Positions 1-10,545 are shown, counted from the stretch's first letter. The stretch is 64,000 nt of DNA from Polyangiaceae bacterium (GCA_046351325.1 JAXLYR010000002.1:560334-624333); one strand, 5' to 3'. Notes: generated by a model from the sequence alone, not told the origin. Made by a program: numbers and translations.

Positions 1-70
1 CACGTCGTCGAGCGCGCGACTGAGGTCTTCGGCGCGGCGAACGACGAAGAGGACGCTTACCGGCGCGGGC

Positions 71-2548
71 TCAGGTCGCTCGGGTCGCATGGGATACCTT
101 CGGGGTTGTAAGGGTTGATTGGTGGGTAGCGTCCGCAGGTCGGCTTGTCTGGCGGACCCATTGTCCATTGTGGAGCGCGTATACCGCTCCCTCTCTGTCA
201 TCCAGTTGGAAGAGCGACAACCAGCCATTTTGCGCGAGGTCGCGCACCGTCGCATGCTTCTTCAATACGGCGTCGATGGCAGCCCGCGGGGCCTCGATGA
301 AGACGCTCAGTCGGAGCGGCGTGTGCATCCAACGTGCCCCGTCGTGGAGCGATTGGATGGGTAGCCCGATTCGGAGGTCACCGCTGTTCCCTTCGAATAC
401 GCCCAAGTGACCGCCGACGACGTTGTGCAAGGTTTTGTCGCCGCTTCCATAACGTGGGTTGTCGACCGTCGACGCATAGTATTGGAGGTTGATCCAGTGC
501 GTCACGACCATTGGCGCCGTCATGATGAGCTCGAGGACTGTATGGTTCTCGTCCTCCTCGTAGCGATATTCATGCAAGAAGCAGCGGCCGCGTAGATTGA
601 TATGCCGACAGTGCTCGCGCGGCGCGACGATGAGCGCTGCGTTGTCAGCCAACCCCCACTCCGGGCGAACTTGCGACCAATCCCGACTCCTCGCCTCGAG
701 GGCTCGGCCCAGCGCGGTTGTGGCGAGACCGCTCAGCCCGAGTCGGTCCGAGCGCTCAGCGCGTGCTCGCGCCGTCGCCGCTGCGAGCCACGCTCGGAGA
801 GCCCCCAGATCACCGGAGTGCGATTGCGGCACATCGTCGAGTTCGAAGAGCTCGACCTCGTCGGTCGTCGTGTTGTGGAGCGCCGCTATGAACCACGTGC
901 TCTCGGGAATGTTCACCCCGCGCTCCGCGAGGCTCGCGCGCACGAGCGGATCGTTCAAGAGCGCCGCAGCAGCGCGAGCGTTGACCTCACCGGTCTGCCC
1001 GCCGCAGGCCCCGCAATCGAGCCCGGCCGCGTGCGGATTGTTCCGCGTCGCGCTCCCGTGCCCGACGAGGAGCACGAGCCTCGCGAAGCTCCGCGTCAGG
1101 CTCATTCCCTTGAGCATCGAGAGCGCGAGAGCGCTGCGCGCCTCGAGGTCGAGCGGCTCGCCGTCGACGGTACTAACTAGGCGCGGCCGCCGTCGAGCCT
1201 CCGCGGCAGGTGAGAGCCCCTGTCGGCGCGTTGCGTGTTCACCCAAGCCGAAGCTCGCTTTGAAGAGGTCGACGGCGCTCACGAGCCCGAGCGCTTCGAC
1301 GAACGTGAACGTCGAGACAGCGTCGGCTTTGAAAGCTCTCATCGACGAGCCGAGCTCGAGATGTCTCTCGCGCTGAAGCGCGGCCGACGCTTCGAGGCCG
1401 ATATCTCCAGCCCGAAGTCGCGGCGCGAGCAAACCTGGCAGCTGCGGTCGCGCCGAGGCCGCGCCGAGCGGCTGATACTCGAGGGGAAGGCCGAAGAACC
1501 CAGCGAAGCCGAGCGTCTGAACCTTCGGCGAGGTGGACTCGAGGGCTCGGCGGAGCACCTCGGAGCGGACGTCGATGCAGAAGACGGCCTGGACCGCAGG
1601 GCTCTCCGGGCGCGCGGCGCTGAGCCCGGACGCGAGCGGGCGAAGGAGCGGCTCTCGCCAAGCCTCCTCCAAAGCAGCTTGAAGGAGCCAGTCGCTGACT
1701 CTCGCTTGGGCGGCAGCCTCGTCGACCCTCGGCCAATTGGACATCGCGACAGCCCAGCGCCGCGCGACAACCTCGCCCCCTAGACGATAAAGCAGCCACT
1801 CCCAAGCCACACGAATCGCCAGGAGCTCGACGATCGCCTCGTCGTTACGACCCTGTAAGCGCGCTGTCCATCGTCGATAGGCGCACCACGAGGCCCAGCC
1901 ATTGACGTCCAGCAGCAAGCTCCAGAGATAGTCCGCTCGGTCGGCGGGTTGGACCTCGAGGGAGTCGAGCCCCACGGCGATCATCTGTCGAGCCGACGCG
2001 GGGAGCTCACGAGCGAGCGCACGGTAGCCGCGGGCGCCCATGCGAGCCGCCGGGCTCCGGTCGTCGACCGCAGAGCGCAGCCAACTCTCGTAGAGGCCGC
2101 CGTCCCGCTGCGGATCGAACGAGGCTTGTCCCTCGTCGAAGTAGGCCGCGGCGAATTGACTGATGCTCTGGACGATGAAGCTTCGCCACGAGAGGTCGGC
2201 ATTGATGCTGACATCGACGACGCGAGCGCGCGTGGGCACTGTCGGCTCTTCCTCGTCGAGCAGCGCGCGCAGGCTCGTCAGCGACTCGCCCGACCCGCTC
2301 GCCGCGAGCGCCGCCAAGATATGTTCGTCGCGGAGCTGGCCGCTCCGATAAGCCTCTTTGAAGAAGGCGCGCGGCATGAGCAGCTCGGCGCCGGACAATG
2401 CTCTCAACCTCGCGGCGACCTCGGGAAGCGGCGCGCTCACGAGCCCCCAAAAGGGGTTAACTGCGATGAAGCGATCGAGCGGCCAAGTCGGCGCGATGCG
2501 CGCGCACACCTCGTCGATGACCTCGTGGAGATTGGCGGCCTTGCTCAT
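71..2548 (-). CDS. dabA: DabA, DUF2309/UPF0753 subunit of the DAB inorganic-carbon pump (about 826 aa)
   Basis: Family hallmark residues are visible: FCIDVRSE (Cys/Asp pair), and LVGHGSATRNNPHAAGLDCGACGG (His plus Cys cluster). The ATG (revcomp of 2546-2548) overlaps the dabB TGA (2545-2547) as ATGA. The 1165-aa six-frame ORF (71..3568) has an Arg-rich N-terminal artefact overlapping dabB; the real start is MSKAANLHEVIDE. Confidence 0.8.
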   Translation of the reverse strand: MSKAANLHEVIDEVCARIAPTWPLDRFIAVNPFWGLVSAPLPEVAARLRALSGAELLMPRAFFKEAYRSGQLRDEHILAALAASGSGESLTSLRALLDEEEPTVPTRARVVDVSINADLSWRSFIVQSISQFAAAYFDEGQASFDPQRDGGLYESWLRSAVDDRSPAARMGARGYRALARELPASARQMIAVGLDSLEVQPADRADYLWSLLLDVNGWASWCAYRRWTARLQGRNDEAIVELLAIRVAWEWLLYRLGGEVVARRWAVAMSNWPRVDEAAAQARVSDWLLQAALEEAWREPLLRPLASGLSAARPESPAVQAVFCIDVRSEVLRRALESTSPKVQTLGFAGFFGLPLEYQPLGAASARPQLPGLLAPRLRAGDIGLEASAALQRERHLELGSSMRAFKADAVSTFTFVEALGLVSAVDLFKASFGLGEHATRRQGLSPAAEARRRPRLVSTVDGEPLDLEARSALALSMLKGMSLTRSFARLVLLVGHGSATRNNPHAAGLDCGACGGQTGEVNARAAAALLNDPLVRASLAERGVNIPESTWFIAALHNTTTDEVELFELDDVPQSHSGDLGALRAWLAAATARARAERSDRLGLSGLATTALGRALEARSRDWSQVRPEWGLADNAALIVAPREHCRHINLRGRCFLHEYRYEEDENHTVLELIMTAPMVVTHWINLQYYASTVDNPRYGSGDKTLHNVVGGHLGVFEGNSGDLRIGLPIQSLHDGARWMHTPLRLSVFIEAPRAAIDAVLKKHATVRDLAQNGWLSLFQLDDREGAVYALHNGQWVRQTSRPADATHQSTLTTPKVSHATRAT

Positions 2549-4146
2549 GATGATTGGACCTCCAGGGCCGCGGGGGTCGAGAGCGCGCGCGTCGCTACCT
2601 GCTTTGGACGGGGCAGGTGCGGCGGCCAGACTCGAAACATGAGCCTCGTGAGGAAATCGTCGAGGTAGAGCCCCGAGAACAGCCAGGGATGAAGAGCCCG
2701 GGCGAACGCGCCATTCGGTCGAAGCGCGATTGTCGACTTCGTGATGAACAGTCCGACGAAGCCGAGGCCGACGAGCCAAAGGCCCGCTGAGCTCGATTGG
2801 AGGGTAGGCGTGGGGACGAGGCGCTCCGCCGCTGCGTGCCAGCCGAAATAGAGGGCCACGACGACCAACATGCGCAGCGCGACTCCACTCCAGATTCGGG
2901 GGCTGCGAGGGGCGCTCATGAGCGGTGGCAGCGACAGCCCGACCAAGAGCGTGAGGACGATCGCGGTCGGCCAATGCGCGGGCTTTGCACCCCAATAGGA
3001 CTGCAGGAGCGTGGCTCCGAGGAGCGCGGCGCCGGCGAACAGCAAGGAGAGAGCGCCCTCGAGGATTTGCCGGCCTATCGTCGCGGGCCTCTTCGTGAGC
3101 ACGCGCGTCTCCCAGGCTTCGACGGCCCCGCCCGCGCTCAAGAAGGCGTGGGCCTTGTAAAGCGAGTGCGCGACGATATGCAGGAACGCGAGCGGCCAAA
3201 GCCCGAGGCCACACTGCACGAGCAGGAAGCCCATCTGCGCGCAGGTCGACCAAGCGAGCGCGACCTTCACGCTTACCCGCGTCATCATGACGAGCGCCGC
3301 TGCGATCGTGGACGTCAGTCCAATCGCCACGAGGAGGAGCTGCGCCGGCTCCGCGCGCGATATCCAAGGCGCCAATCGAATGAGCACGAAGCCGCCGATG
3401 TTGACGACACCTGCGTGGAGCAGCGCCGAGACAGGGGTCGGAGCCTCCATCACTTGGGTGATCCAGCCATGAAATGGGAGCTGCGCCGACCTCAACGCGA
3501 CCGCGGAGACGAGGAGCGCTGCGGCGACCTGCATCGACAATGGCAGGTTGCTCTCTGCGCTCAGCCACGCGGCGATGACGTCGAGCTCGAAGCTGCCGAC
3601 GTTCGAGTAGACCAGCAAAAGAGCGGGCGCGAGCGCGAGGTCGGCGAGTCGACTGACCAAGAATTTTTTGTGTGCGGCGACCTGGGCCGCTTCACGGTCC
3701 TCATAGAGGGTGAGGAGCTGGTGGAGGGCGAGGCTGGTCGCGGTCCAAGAGGCCGCCATCACGAGGAGGTTATTGGAGACGACCAGCGTGGTGACCGCGC
3801 TCAAGGTGAAGAGGAGCCAGCGCTGGTAATGATGCCATCGCTCGCTCCGCCGGCCCGTGTCGCCCCCGAGGTAATTCTCTGAGAAGCGAGCGACGATTGC
3901 TCCGAGCGACGTGACCAACACGAGCATGAGGGCCGTCAGCGCGTCGACTCGAACACCGAAGTCCGACGCCGGTCGACCCAGGTCGTAAGCCCCAAAGACG
4001 ACGACCGCAAAGAGCGAGGCCAAGAGGAACGCTGCGCGGAGCAGCGCCGTGGCCCTGCGCGGGAGCAGCGCCCCGCCGAGCGCGAGCGTCACGGGGATCG
4101 CTGCGGCCACGAGCGGCGCGATCGGCCATGTCGGGAGTCCGTTCAT
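2545..4146 (-). CDS. dabB: DabB, NuoL/MrpA/ND5-like proton-translocating membrane subunit
   Basis: Polytopic membrane protein with complex I antiporter-subunit signatures (HGWITQVMEAPTPVSALLHAGVVNIGGF; HSLYKAHAFLSAGG). Sits immediately upstream of, and overlapping, dabA. ATG at 4146 (MNGLPTWPIAPLV) is preferred over the TTG at 4179. Confidence 0.8.
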   Translation of the reverse strand: MNGLPTWPIAPLVAAAIPVTLALGGALLPRRATALLRAAFLLASLFAVVVFGAYDLGRPASDFGVRVDALTALMLVLVTSLGAIVARFSENYLGGDTGRRSERWHHYQRWLLFTLSAVTTLVVSNNLLVMAASWTATSLALHQLLTLYEDREAAQVAAHKKFLVSRLADLALAPALLLVYSNVGSFELDVIAAWLSAESNLPLSMQVAAALLVSAVALRSAQLPFHGWITQVMEAPTPVSALLHAGVVNIGGFVLIRLAPWISRAEPAQLLLVAIGLTSTIAAALVMMTRVSVKVALAWSTCAQMGFLLVQCGLGLWPLAFLHIVAHSLYKAHAFLSAGGAVEAWETRVLTKRPATIGRQILEGALSLLFAGAALLGATLLQSYWGAKPAHWPTAIVLTLLVGLSLPPLMSAPRSPRIWSGVALRMLVVVALYFGWHAAAERLVPTPTLQSSSAGLWLVGLGFVGLFITKSTIALRPNGAFARALHPWLFSGLYLDDFLTRLMFRVWPPHLPRPKQVATRALSTPAALEVQSS

Positions 4147-4225
4147 GTCACCGACTATGGCCTGTATAATCGTTCTCAAAAATAAGATTAAAGTGATCGA
4201 TACGTTCTCCTATTGAGAATGAAAG
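4147..4225. promoter_or_regulatory. AT-rich divergent control region between dabB and the LysR gene
   Basis: Lowest-GC stretch in the window. Inverted repeat TTCTCAA (4173-4179) / TTGAGAA (4213-4219) and direct repeat CGTTCTC (4171-4177, 4203-4209). Candidate LysR operator plus divergent promoters. Confidence 0.45.
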
Positions 4226-5146
4226 ATGAACGTCGAACAGCTCAATTTTCACCACCTCCGCTACTTCTGGGCGGTCGCCAAAGACGGGAATCTGACCCGT
4301 ACGGCGGCTCGTCTGCGCGTCGCGCAGTCAGCGCTGTCGTCGCAGATCCATCAGCTCGAGGAGCAGCTCGGCTGCGCTCTCTTCGATCGCAGTCGCCGCC
4401 GGCTCGCCCTCACGGAGGCCGGCCAGATCGCGCTCGCTTACGCCGAAGAGGTGTTCATGGCCTGCACCGAGATGGTGGCGACGCTCGAGCGCGGTCGGCG
4501 CAGCGACCCGTGGATTCGCATCGGCGCGGTCGCGACGCTGTCGAGGAACTTCCAAGAGTCCTTCGTGAGGCCGCTCCTCGCGCAGTCGGGCGTGTGCCTC
4601 CGCCTCGAGTCTGGGCTGTTCGACGATCTGCTCGAGCGACTGGAGAAGCACGCGCTCGACCTCGTCCTCGCGAATCGCGCTCCCCGTCGAGGCGCGGCGA
4701 CACCCCTACGTTCACGTCGGATCGCACGCCAAGCGGTCAGCATCGTCGGGGTGAAGCGCCGACGACGCTTTCGTTTCCCGAAGGACGTCGCGGACGCGCC
4801 GATGATCCTCCCGGGTCGGGAGAGCGACCTCCGCTCCGAGTTCGACGCCATGTGCGAGCAGTTCGGCGTCCGCGTTCGAGTCCTGGCCGAGGTCGACGAC
4901 ATGGCCACGATGCGGTTGCTCGCTCGCGACGCGGACGCGCTCGCGCTCTTGCCCACGGTGGTCGTCCGTGACGAGCTCCACAGCGGGGTCTTGCACGAGC
5001 ACTGCGCTGTCCCTGGCCTGTTCGAGAATTTCTACGCCATCACCGCGGAGCGCATGTTTCAGCATCCGCTCATCGAGACCGCGCTCGCGCGTGACGAGCG
5101 CGACCTGCTCGAGACGACTGCGCCCCGCCGGCCGAGGAACGCCTGA
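4226..5146 (+). CDS. LysR-family transcriptional regulator
   Basis: N-terminal HTH motif LNFHHLRYFWAVAKDGNLTRTAARLRVAQSALSSQIHQLEEQLG, about 306 aa. Divergent from dabBA. Confidence 0.85.
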   Translation: MNVEQLNFHHLRYFWAVAKDGNLTRTAARLRVAQSALSSQIHQLEEQLGCALFDRSRRRLALTEAGQIALAYAEEVFMACTEMVATLERGRRSDPWIRIGAVATLSRNFQESFVRPLLAQSGVCLRLESGLFDDLLERLEKHALDLVLANRAPRRGAATPLRSRRIARQAVSIVGVKRRRRFRFPKDVADAPMILPGRESDLRSEFDAMCEQFGVRVRVLAEVDDMATMRLLARDADALALLPTVVVRDELHSGVLHEHCAVPGLFENFYAITAERMFQHPLIETALARDERDLLETTAPRRPRNA

Positions 5147-5149
5147 TTT

Positions 5150-5164
5150 CGCGTGTCGTACGCG
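5150..5164. terminator. Short GC hairpin between convergent stops
   Basis: CGCGT-GTCGT-ACGCG (5-bp stem) sits exactly between the LysR stop (5144-5146) and the TCA/TGA at 5165-5167. Confidence 0.3.
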
Positions 5165-8100
5165 TCAGAGCCCGAGCTCGAGCCCGAGCGCGATCGTCGC
5201 CGCGTGCGTCGGGATCGCGTAGAACGCCCGTCGCGTCGGCTCCTCGCGGATGCGCGCGGCCCGCGTGTGGAGCCGCTCCAGCGCGTCGCGCGCCGCGTGC
5301 GCGGCCCGTGGATCGCTCGTCGCCATGAGCGCGCGGACCCACGCGAGGCAGACGACGGCCTCGCCCTCGTCGAGCACCCAGCGGCGCGCCTCGGCGTGTT
5401 CGATGGCCTCTCCGCGAGCGTGACAGCGCGCGCAGCGTCTCCGGCGGCGAGCGTCGCGAGCGCCTCGGTGGCGGTGGCGTACGGCAGGTGTTGCGGGTGG
5501 AGCTCGGCGCGCCGTCGCCCCGCGCGCGCCTCGGCGAGCGCTTGTTCGACGAGGCCTTCGGTGAGCAAGATCTCGCTCCTGTAGATGCGGCACGAGACCT
5601 CGTGGTGCATCGAGATCCCCGGCATCTCGAGGCATCGCTCGATGTGTCGCCGCCCGAGCGCGGGCCTGCCGGCGCGCGCGACCGCGAGCCCGAGGTTGTG
5701 GAGCGTGACGACGCGCAGGCCGTCGAGATCCATCCGCTCGGCGGTCGCGTACGCGGGCTCGAGCATCGCGATCGCGTCGGACAGCAGGCCGAGCTCGATG
5801 CTCATGAAGCCGGCGTTCGCGCGGTCGACCGCGGCGGAGCGCCGATTGCCGGCCTCGTCGTGGAGCGGAAACGCCCGAGCGAGGTGGCGACGCGCGCTCT
5901 CGAGATCGCCCGCGAGCTGTCGATCCCAGCCGAGCGCTCGTTCGAGGTAAGCGCGCACGTTCGCGGGCACCGGGTCGAGCGCGCGCGACGCCTTCTCGGC
6001 CGACGCGAAGAGCGCGCGGCGCAGCTCGGCGTCCGCGGCGAGCGCGATGCTCGAGGCGAGCCAAGCGCACCCCACGGCGAAGGACTCGACCGCGTCGGGG
6101 TCGGGCTTCGTCGCGATGAGATCGCGCAGCGCTTGCTGGAATCGGGGCGTGTCGGCGAGGCGCTCGGCGCTCATCGCGAGCTCGTAGAGCGCGACGCATC
6201 CATGGCGCGAGCCGGGTCGCAGAGCGCGGGCGGCGCGCGCGGCGTAAGCGGCCGCGCGATCGAAGCGGCCGCGCCAGCGCAGGGCCTCGGCGGCGACCAA
6301 GGCGAGGCGACCGGAGACGGGCTCGAGCGCGGGATCCTCGCGTCGCTCGAGGATCGCGAGCGCGCGCTCCGCGTGGCTCAGCGCGAGCGCGGTGTCGTCC
6401 GAGGCGAGCGCCCTCTCAGCGGCGTCGAGCCTGAACGGGAGCGCCGAGTCGGGGCGATCTCCACGTTCGAAATGCTCGGCGATCACCGCGGGATCGGCGC
6501 CCGCGAGCTCTGCGAGCCGCGCGCCGGCGCGGCGATGCCCTCGCGCGCGATCCGCTTCGGTGAGGCCTTGGTAAGCGCCCTCGGCGACGACCCGCTGACA
6601 AAACCGAAAGCGACCCGGAGCGCCGCCGTCGTCGGGCACGAGGAGCTCGAGCTCGAGCAGGCGAGGCGCCGCGCGCGCTGTCGCGCCCGGCTCGTCGAGG
6701 AGGTCGTCGACGAGGTCCGCGGTGAACGCGACGCCGAACACGCTCGCCGCGCGCAGGACGCGCCGCTCTTCGACCTCGAGCGCGTCGAGCCGGCCCTGCA
6801 CGACCGCGAGCAGAGAGTCGGGGAGCGCGTCCCCCGAGGCCTGCGTGCGCGCGAGCTGCTCCAAGAAGAGCGGGTTGCCGCCGGCGCGCTCGGCGATCTC
6901 GGTGACGCGCGTCGCGGGGGCGTCGGGTGGCAGGAGCGCGCGAGAGAGCTTGAGCGACGCCGCGCGCGAGAGCGGCGAGAGCGGCAGCCCGAGCGCGCGC
7001 GGCCCTGCGAGCTCGCGCGCCGGAGAGTCGTCCTCCTCCTCGAGCGGCCGACCGAGTGACACGATTGTAATCGGCGCCTCGGAGAGCGTGCGCTGCAAGC
7101 GGGCGAGGAGCGCGGCGCTCGCGCGGTCGGCCCACTGCGCGTCGTCGACGATCAGCACCGTCGGGGTCCGCGTCGTCAGCGCGCGCACGACCTCTTCGAA
7201 GGCGCGGCGCATGGCCTCGGCGGTGCCAGTCGGATCGCCGAGCCTTGCCTCGAGCCCGAGCGGCGCGCGCACGAGCGCCCCGAAATCCGCCAGCGTTCGA
7301 GCGTCGAGCGCGGGGCCGACGGACGCAGCGAGCTTCGTGATCGCGCGATCGATCTCGGCGCTCGACGAAGAGGTCGTCGCGCCGCAGAGCGCCCCCGCGA
7401 GGTGCGCGACGCACGCGAGCGCGCTCCCCGCCTCGAAGGCGTCGGCGGTCGCACGATAACAACGAAAGCCGAGCCCGCTCAGGCGTCGCTCGAGCTCGAA
7501 CGAGAGCCTCGTCTTGCCCGCACCGGGCGCGCCGGTCACGAGCGCGGCCCCCGCGGTGCGCTCGTCGCGCGACTCCTCCGCCAACGTGACGAGCTGGGTC
7601 ATCTCGCGATCTCGCCCGACGAAGGGGCCCCCGCCAGTCCCGGTCGGTAGCGCGAGTCGATCCATCGAGATCCAAGCGCCGGACGCGTCGTGCTCGACGG
7701 CGAGGTGCGGCTCGAACGCCGCGACGGCCTGGTCATCGAGCGCGATGCGCTCGACCGCGCCGCGCGGATCGGCGAGCCGCGCGCGAGCTGCCGCGAGTCG
7801 CTCGGGCGCGCGCGCCACGAGCGGTTCGCGAGAGGAGTCCTTGTCGACGCGGAGCACGCCGAGCCACGTGCGCTCGGCCCAGCCGGCCTCGACGAGCTCG
7901 GCCGCGCAGCGGAGCGCGGTCGTCGCGAGCTCGACCAGCGTGGCGCCGCGATCGACCACGACCGCGAAATGCTGTTCGTCGATCGCCTCGGGCGTGCCGA
8001 ACCGCGCGCAGCTTCGCAGGAGCCACGCGACCGACTCGTCGGCCGCGCCCGTGTGATCGAGCTTCGCGATGACGAGGCCGGCGACGCGGACCTCGTGGTC

Positions 8101-9189
8101 GCTCATGCGCGAGATCGGCGCGAGCTCGAGCTCGCTCTCGACGCGCACCGTGGGTGGCGCGGCGTCGATATCGTCGAACTCGCTCGAGTTGATGGTCGGA
8201 CCGGCGTCGCTCCCCGAGCCGCTCGGGGCCGCAGGCGAGGGGGCTTGGGGCGTCGTCGGCGCGATCGTCACCGCCGCTCCCGGCGCGGTCTCGCTCGGCG
8301 CGAGCGTCGCTGTGGCGAGGGCAGCGTGGGGCGCAGGCAGCCCGTCGATCCGGATCGCGCCGCGCGACAGGAGGTGCGCGAGGAGCGGCCGCAGATCGCT
8401 CATCCGCCGCTTGCGATCGCGCACCAGCATCGCGTCGACGAGCGCCGCGAGCGCCGGATCGATCGCGCGCGCGACCGACGCGAGCGGAGGGATCGGATCG
8501 AAGAGGATGCTCCGCAGGAGCGACGCGATGCTCGCGGTCGTGAACGGCGAGCGCCCCGCGAGCGCCTCGAACAAGACGACGCCGAGCGCCCAGACGTCGA
8601 CGCGCTGGTCGATCTCGCGATCGGCGAGCAGCTGCTCGGGCGCCATGAACGCGGGCGTCCCGATCGCGGCGCCGGTCTTCGTGAGGTTCGACGCGAGGCC
8701 GACGCGGCCCTTCAGCTTCGCGAGCCCGAAATCGAGGATCAGCCCGCGGCCGTCGCGAGTTACAAAGATGTTACCGGGCTTCACGTCGCGGTGGACGATG
8801 CCGTGCGCGTGCGCCGCGGCGAGCGCGCCCGTCACCGATCCGAGCAGCGCGAGCGCGCGCTCCTCGGCGAGCGGCCCCTCGCGCGCGAGCAGCGCGTCGA
8901 GCGACTCGCCCTCGCAGAGCTCCATCGCGAGCCCGAGCTCCTCGCCGCCCGCCTCGAAGACCTCGTGCACGCGGCGCACGCCCGGGTGCTGCACGATGCC
9001 GATCGCGAGCGCCTCGCGGCGGAGCCGCTCGCGCGCCACGCTGTCGCCCGCCGCGTGGAGCAGCTTCAGCGCGACGAGCGCGCCGCTCGCCCGATCGCGC
9101 GCGGCCCAGACCTCGCCGACGCCGCCTGCGCCGAGCTTGTCGACCAGTTCGAAACGCCCCTGGATGACCTCACCGGGGAGGTGCCCCAT
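5165..9189 (-). CDS. Ser/Thr protein kinase fused to an AAA (P-loop TGAPGAGKTRL) NTPase and a TPR/helical C-terminal region; the 3' end is frameshifted in this sequence
   Basis: N-terminal kinase motifs GAGGVGEVW, HRDVKPGNIF, DFG, APE, then a Walker A motif. The annotated six-frame ORF (5059..9189) becomes Arg/Ser-rich junk after about 5410 and would overlap LysR. A different frame continues protein-like (…GEAIEHAEARRWVLDEGEAVVCLAWVRALMATSDP…AIPTHAATIALGLELGL) to the stop at 5165. Confidence 0.75.
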
Positions 9190-9190
9190 C

Positions 9191-10528
9191 TCAATTGCTC
9201 GAGCCTGAATTGCACGCGAGCTTGCACTGCGCCTCGGCCGTGAAGCACTTCGAGTTGCAGTTCATGAAGGCCTGATAGAGCGAGGCCTCGGTCGGCTCTT
9301 TCCCGCACGCTGCGACGCACGCGTTCTTCTCCCGGCCGCACGACGCGCACTTGCCGCTCGGCTTCGGCTGCGTGGTCGCGGTGCTCGTCGGCCGCGGATC
9401 GGGCGTCGGTCGCGGCGTGGCCGTTCGCTTGCCAGTCGGCTGCGGGCGCGGATCGATCGTCGGCTCCGCGGTCGCGTCGATCTTGGGCGGAGGCGGCTGA
9501 TCGCGCTCGTCGGGCGGGATGCCGAGCTGCGCGAGCTCCTTCTCCCGCTTGCGACGCAGGCGCTCGGCCTCGTCGCGACCACACGCCTGCTGCGCGAGCA
9601 GGAGCACCTCGCGCGTGGGCGTCCCGCTCACGTCGAGACCACACGTGTCCGCGACGTGCATCAAGCTGTCCGCGAGCACGAACGAAGCCGAGAGCGCGAT
9701 CTCGTTCACGCTCGCGCTCGGCGCGGCAGCGCTCGCGTTCGCGCTGCTGCGCTTCGACAAATACAAGCCCGCGCCGAACGCGACGACGACGAGCACGAGC
9801 GCGCACCCGGCGATCACGAGCACGAGGCCCGTCTTCGACTCCGACTGCGGCTTGGCGGTCATCGCCGACGGCTCGAGAAAGAGGAGGCCAGGCTGCGGCG
9901 CGGTCTTGGGCTTGGTCGAGAGCGGCGCGACCGGGGGAGGCGTCGGCGCTGGAGCGACCTCGTTCGGCGCGGGCGTGCCTTGCGCGCTCGGCCCGATCCC
10001 TTGCAGCGTCGCGGCCGGCAGTCCGTCGAACGTCGGTCGACGGCGTGCAGACCGAGCGATCTCGCTCGCGAAGTTCCCCGACGACGACGACGGAGGCGGC
10101 GGCGTCTGCGTGGACGGATCCACCATGGCGCCCTCGAGCGGCCCCGCAGCGCGCGTCGAGGTGAAGGTCTGCGCGGCGCCGGCCGTTCCGTCCGCGCCCG
10201 CCGCGATCGCTCGCGCCTCGGGCAGATCGTCGACCGTCGGTGCGATCGGCTGGCGCGCCGAGAGCGCGCCGCCCGCCCACCGCGAGTCGTCTGCGGCCGC
10301 AAGCTCCGGCCACTCGACGAGCGGCTTCTCCGAGCGCAGCTTGCGCACGAGCTCGTCCGCGCCGAAGTGCCGAACCCCGACACGGACGACGCTGAGCGCG
10401 AGCGCCGACGGGTCGCCCGCGAGCTCCTGCTGCGTCGCGCCCCAGGTCTCGAGCAGCCTGCGGAGATCGGCGCCGCTGAAGCTCGCTTGGACGCGGAACC
10501 GCAGGTCGTTCAGATCGACGCCGCTCAC
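9191..10528 (-). CDS. Hypothetical single-pass membrane protein: cytoplasmic N-domain, Pro-rich linker, TM helix (LVLVIAGCALVLVVVAFGAGLYL), Cys-rich C-terminal ectodomain
   Basis: GTG start; stop is 1 nt before the kinase start codon (same operon). C-terminal motif CASCGREKNACVAACGK…CNSKCFTAEAQCKLACNSG. Confidence 0.55.
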   Translation of the reverse strand: MSGVDLNDLRFRVQASFSGADLRRLLETWGATQQELAGDPSALALSVVRVGVRHFGADELVRKLRSEKPLVEWPELAAADDSRWAGGALSARQPIAPTVDDLPEARAIAAGADGTAGAAQTFTSTRAAGPLEGAMVDPSTQTPPPPSSSSGNFASEIARSARRRPTFDGLPAATLQGIGPSAQGTPAPNEVAPAPTPPPVAPLSTKPKTAPQPGLLFLEPSAMTAKPQSESKTGLVLVIAGCALVLVVVAFGAGLYLSKRSSANASAAAPSASVNEIALSASFVLADSLMHVADTCGLDVSGTPTREVLLLAQQACGRDEAERLRRKREKELAQLGIPPDERDQPPPPKIDATAEPTIDPRPQPTGKRTATPRPTPDPRPTSTATTQPKPSGKCASCGREKNACVAACGKEPTEASLYQAFMNCNSKCFTAEAQCKLACNSGSSN

Positions 10529-10545
10529 AGGGTGGTGAGCTTAGC

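Noticed and set aside
2549-3568. N-terminal 340 aa of the 1165-aa dabA ORF
   Set aside because: Overlaps dabB in another frame and is Arg-rich. The conserved DabA start (MSKAANLHEV) coincides with an ATGA overlap at the dabB stop.
4147-4179. TTG-initiated N-terminal extension of dabB (MRTIIQAIVGD)
   Set aside because: TTG start lying inside the AT-rich control region; the ATG at 4146 directly precedes the first TM helix.
5488-7059. 523-aa plus-strand ORF, and similar long ORFs at 6416..7675 and 7690..9243
   Set aside because: Antisense or out of frame to the kinase gene, with Arg/Glu/Asp-rich low-complexity translations typical of high-GC non-coding frames.
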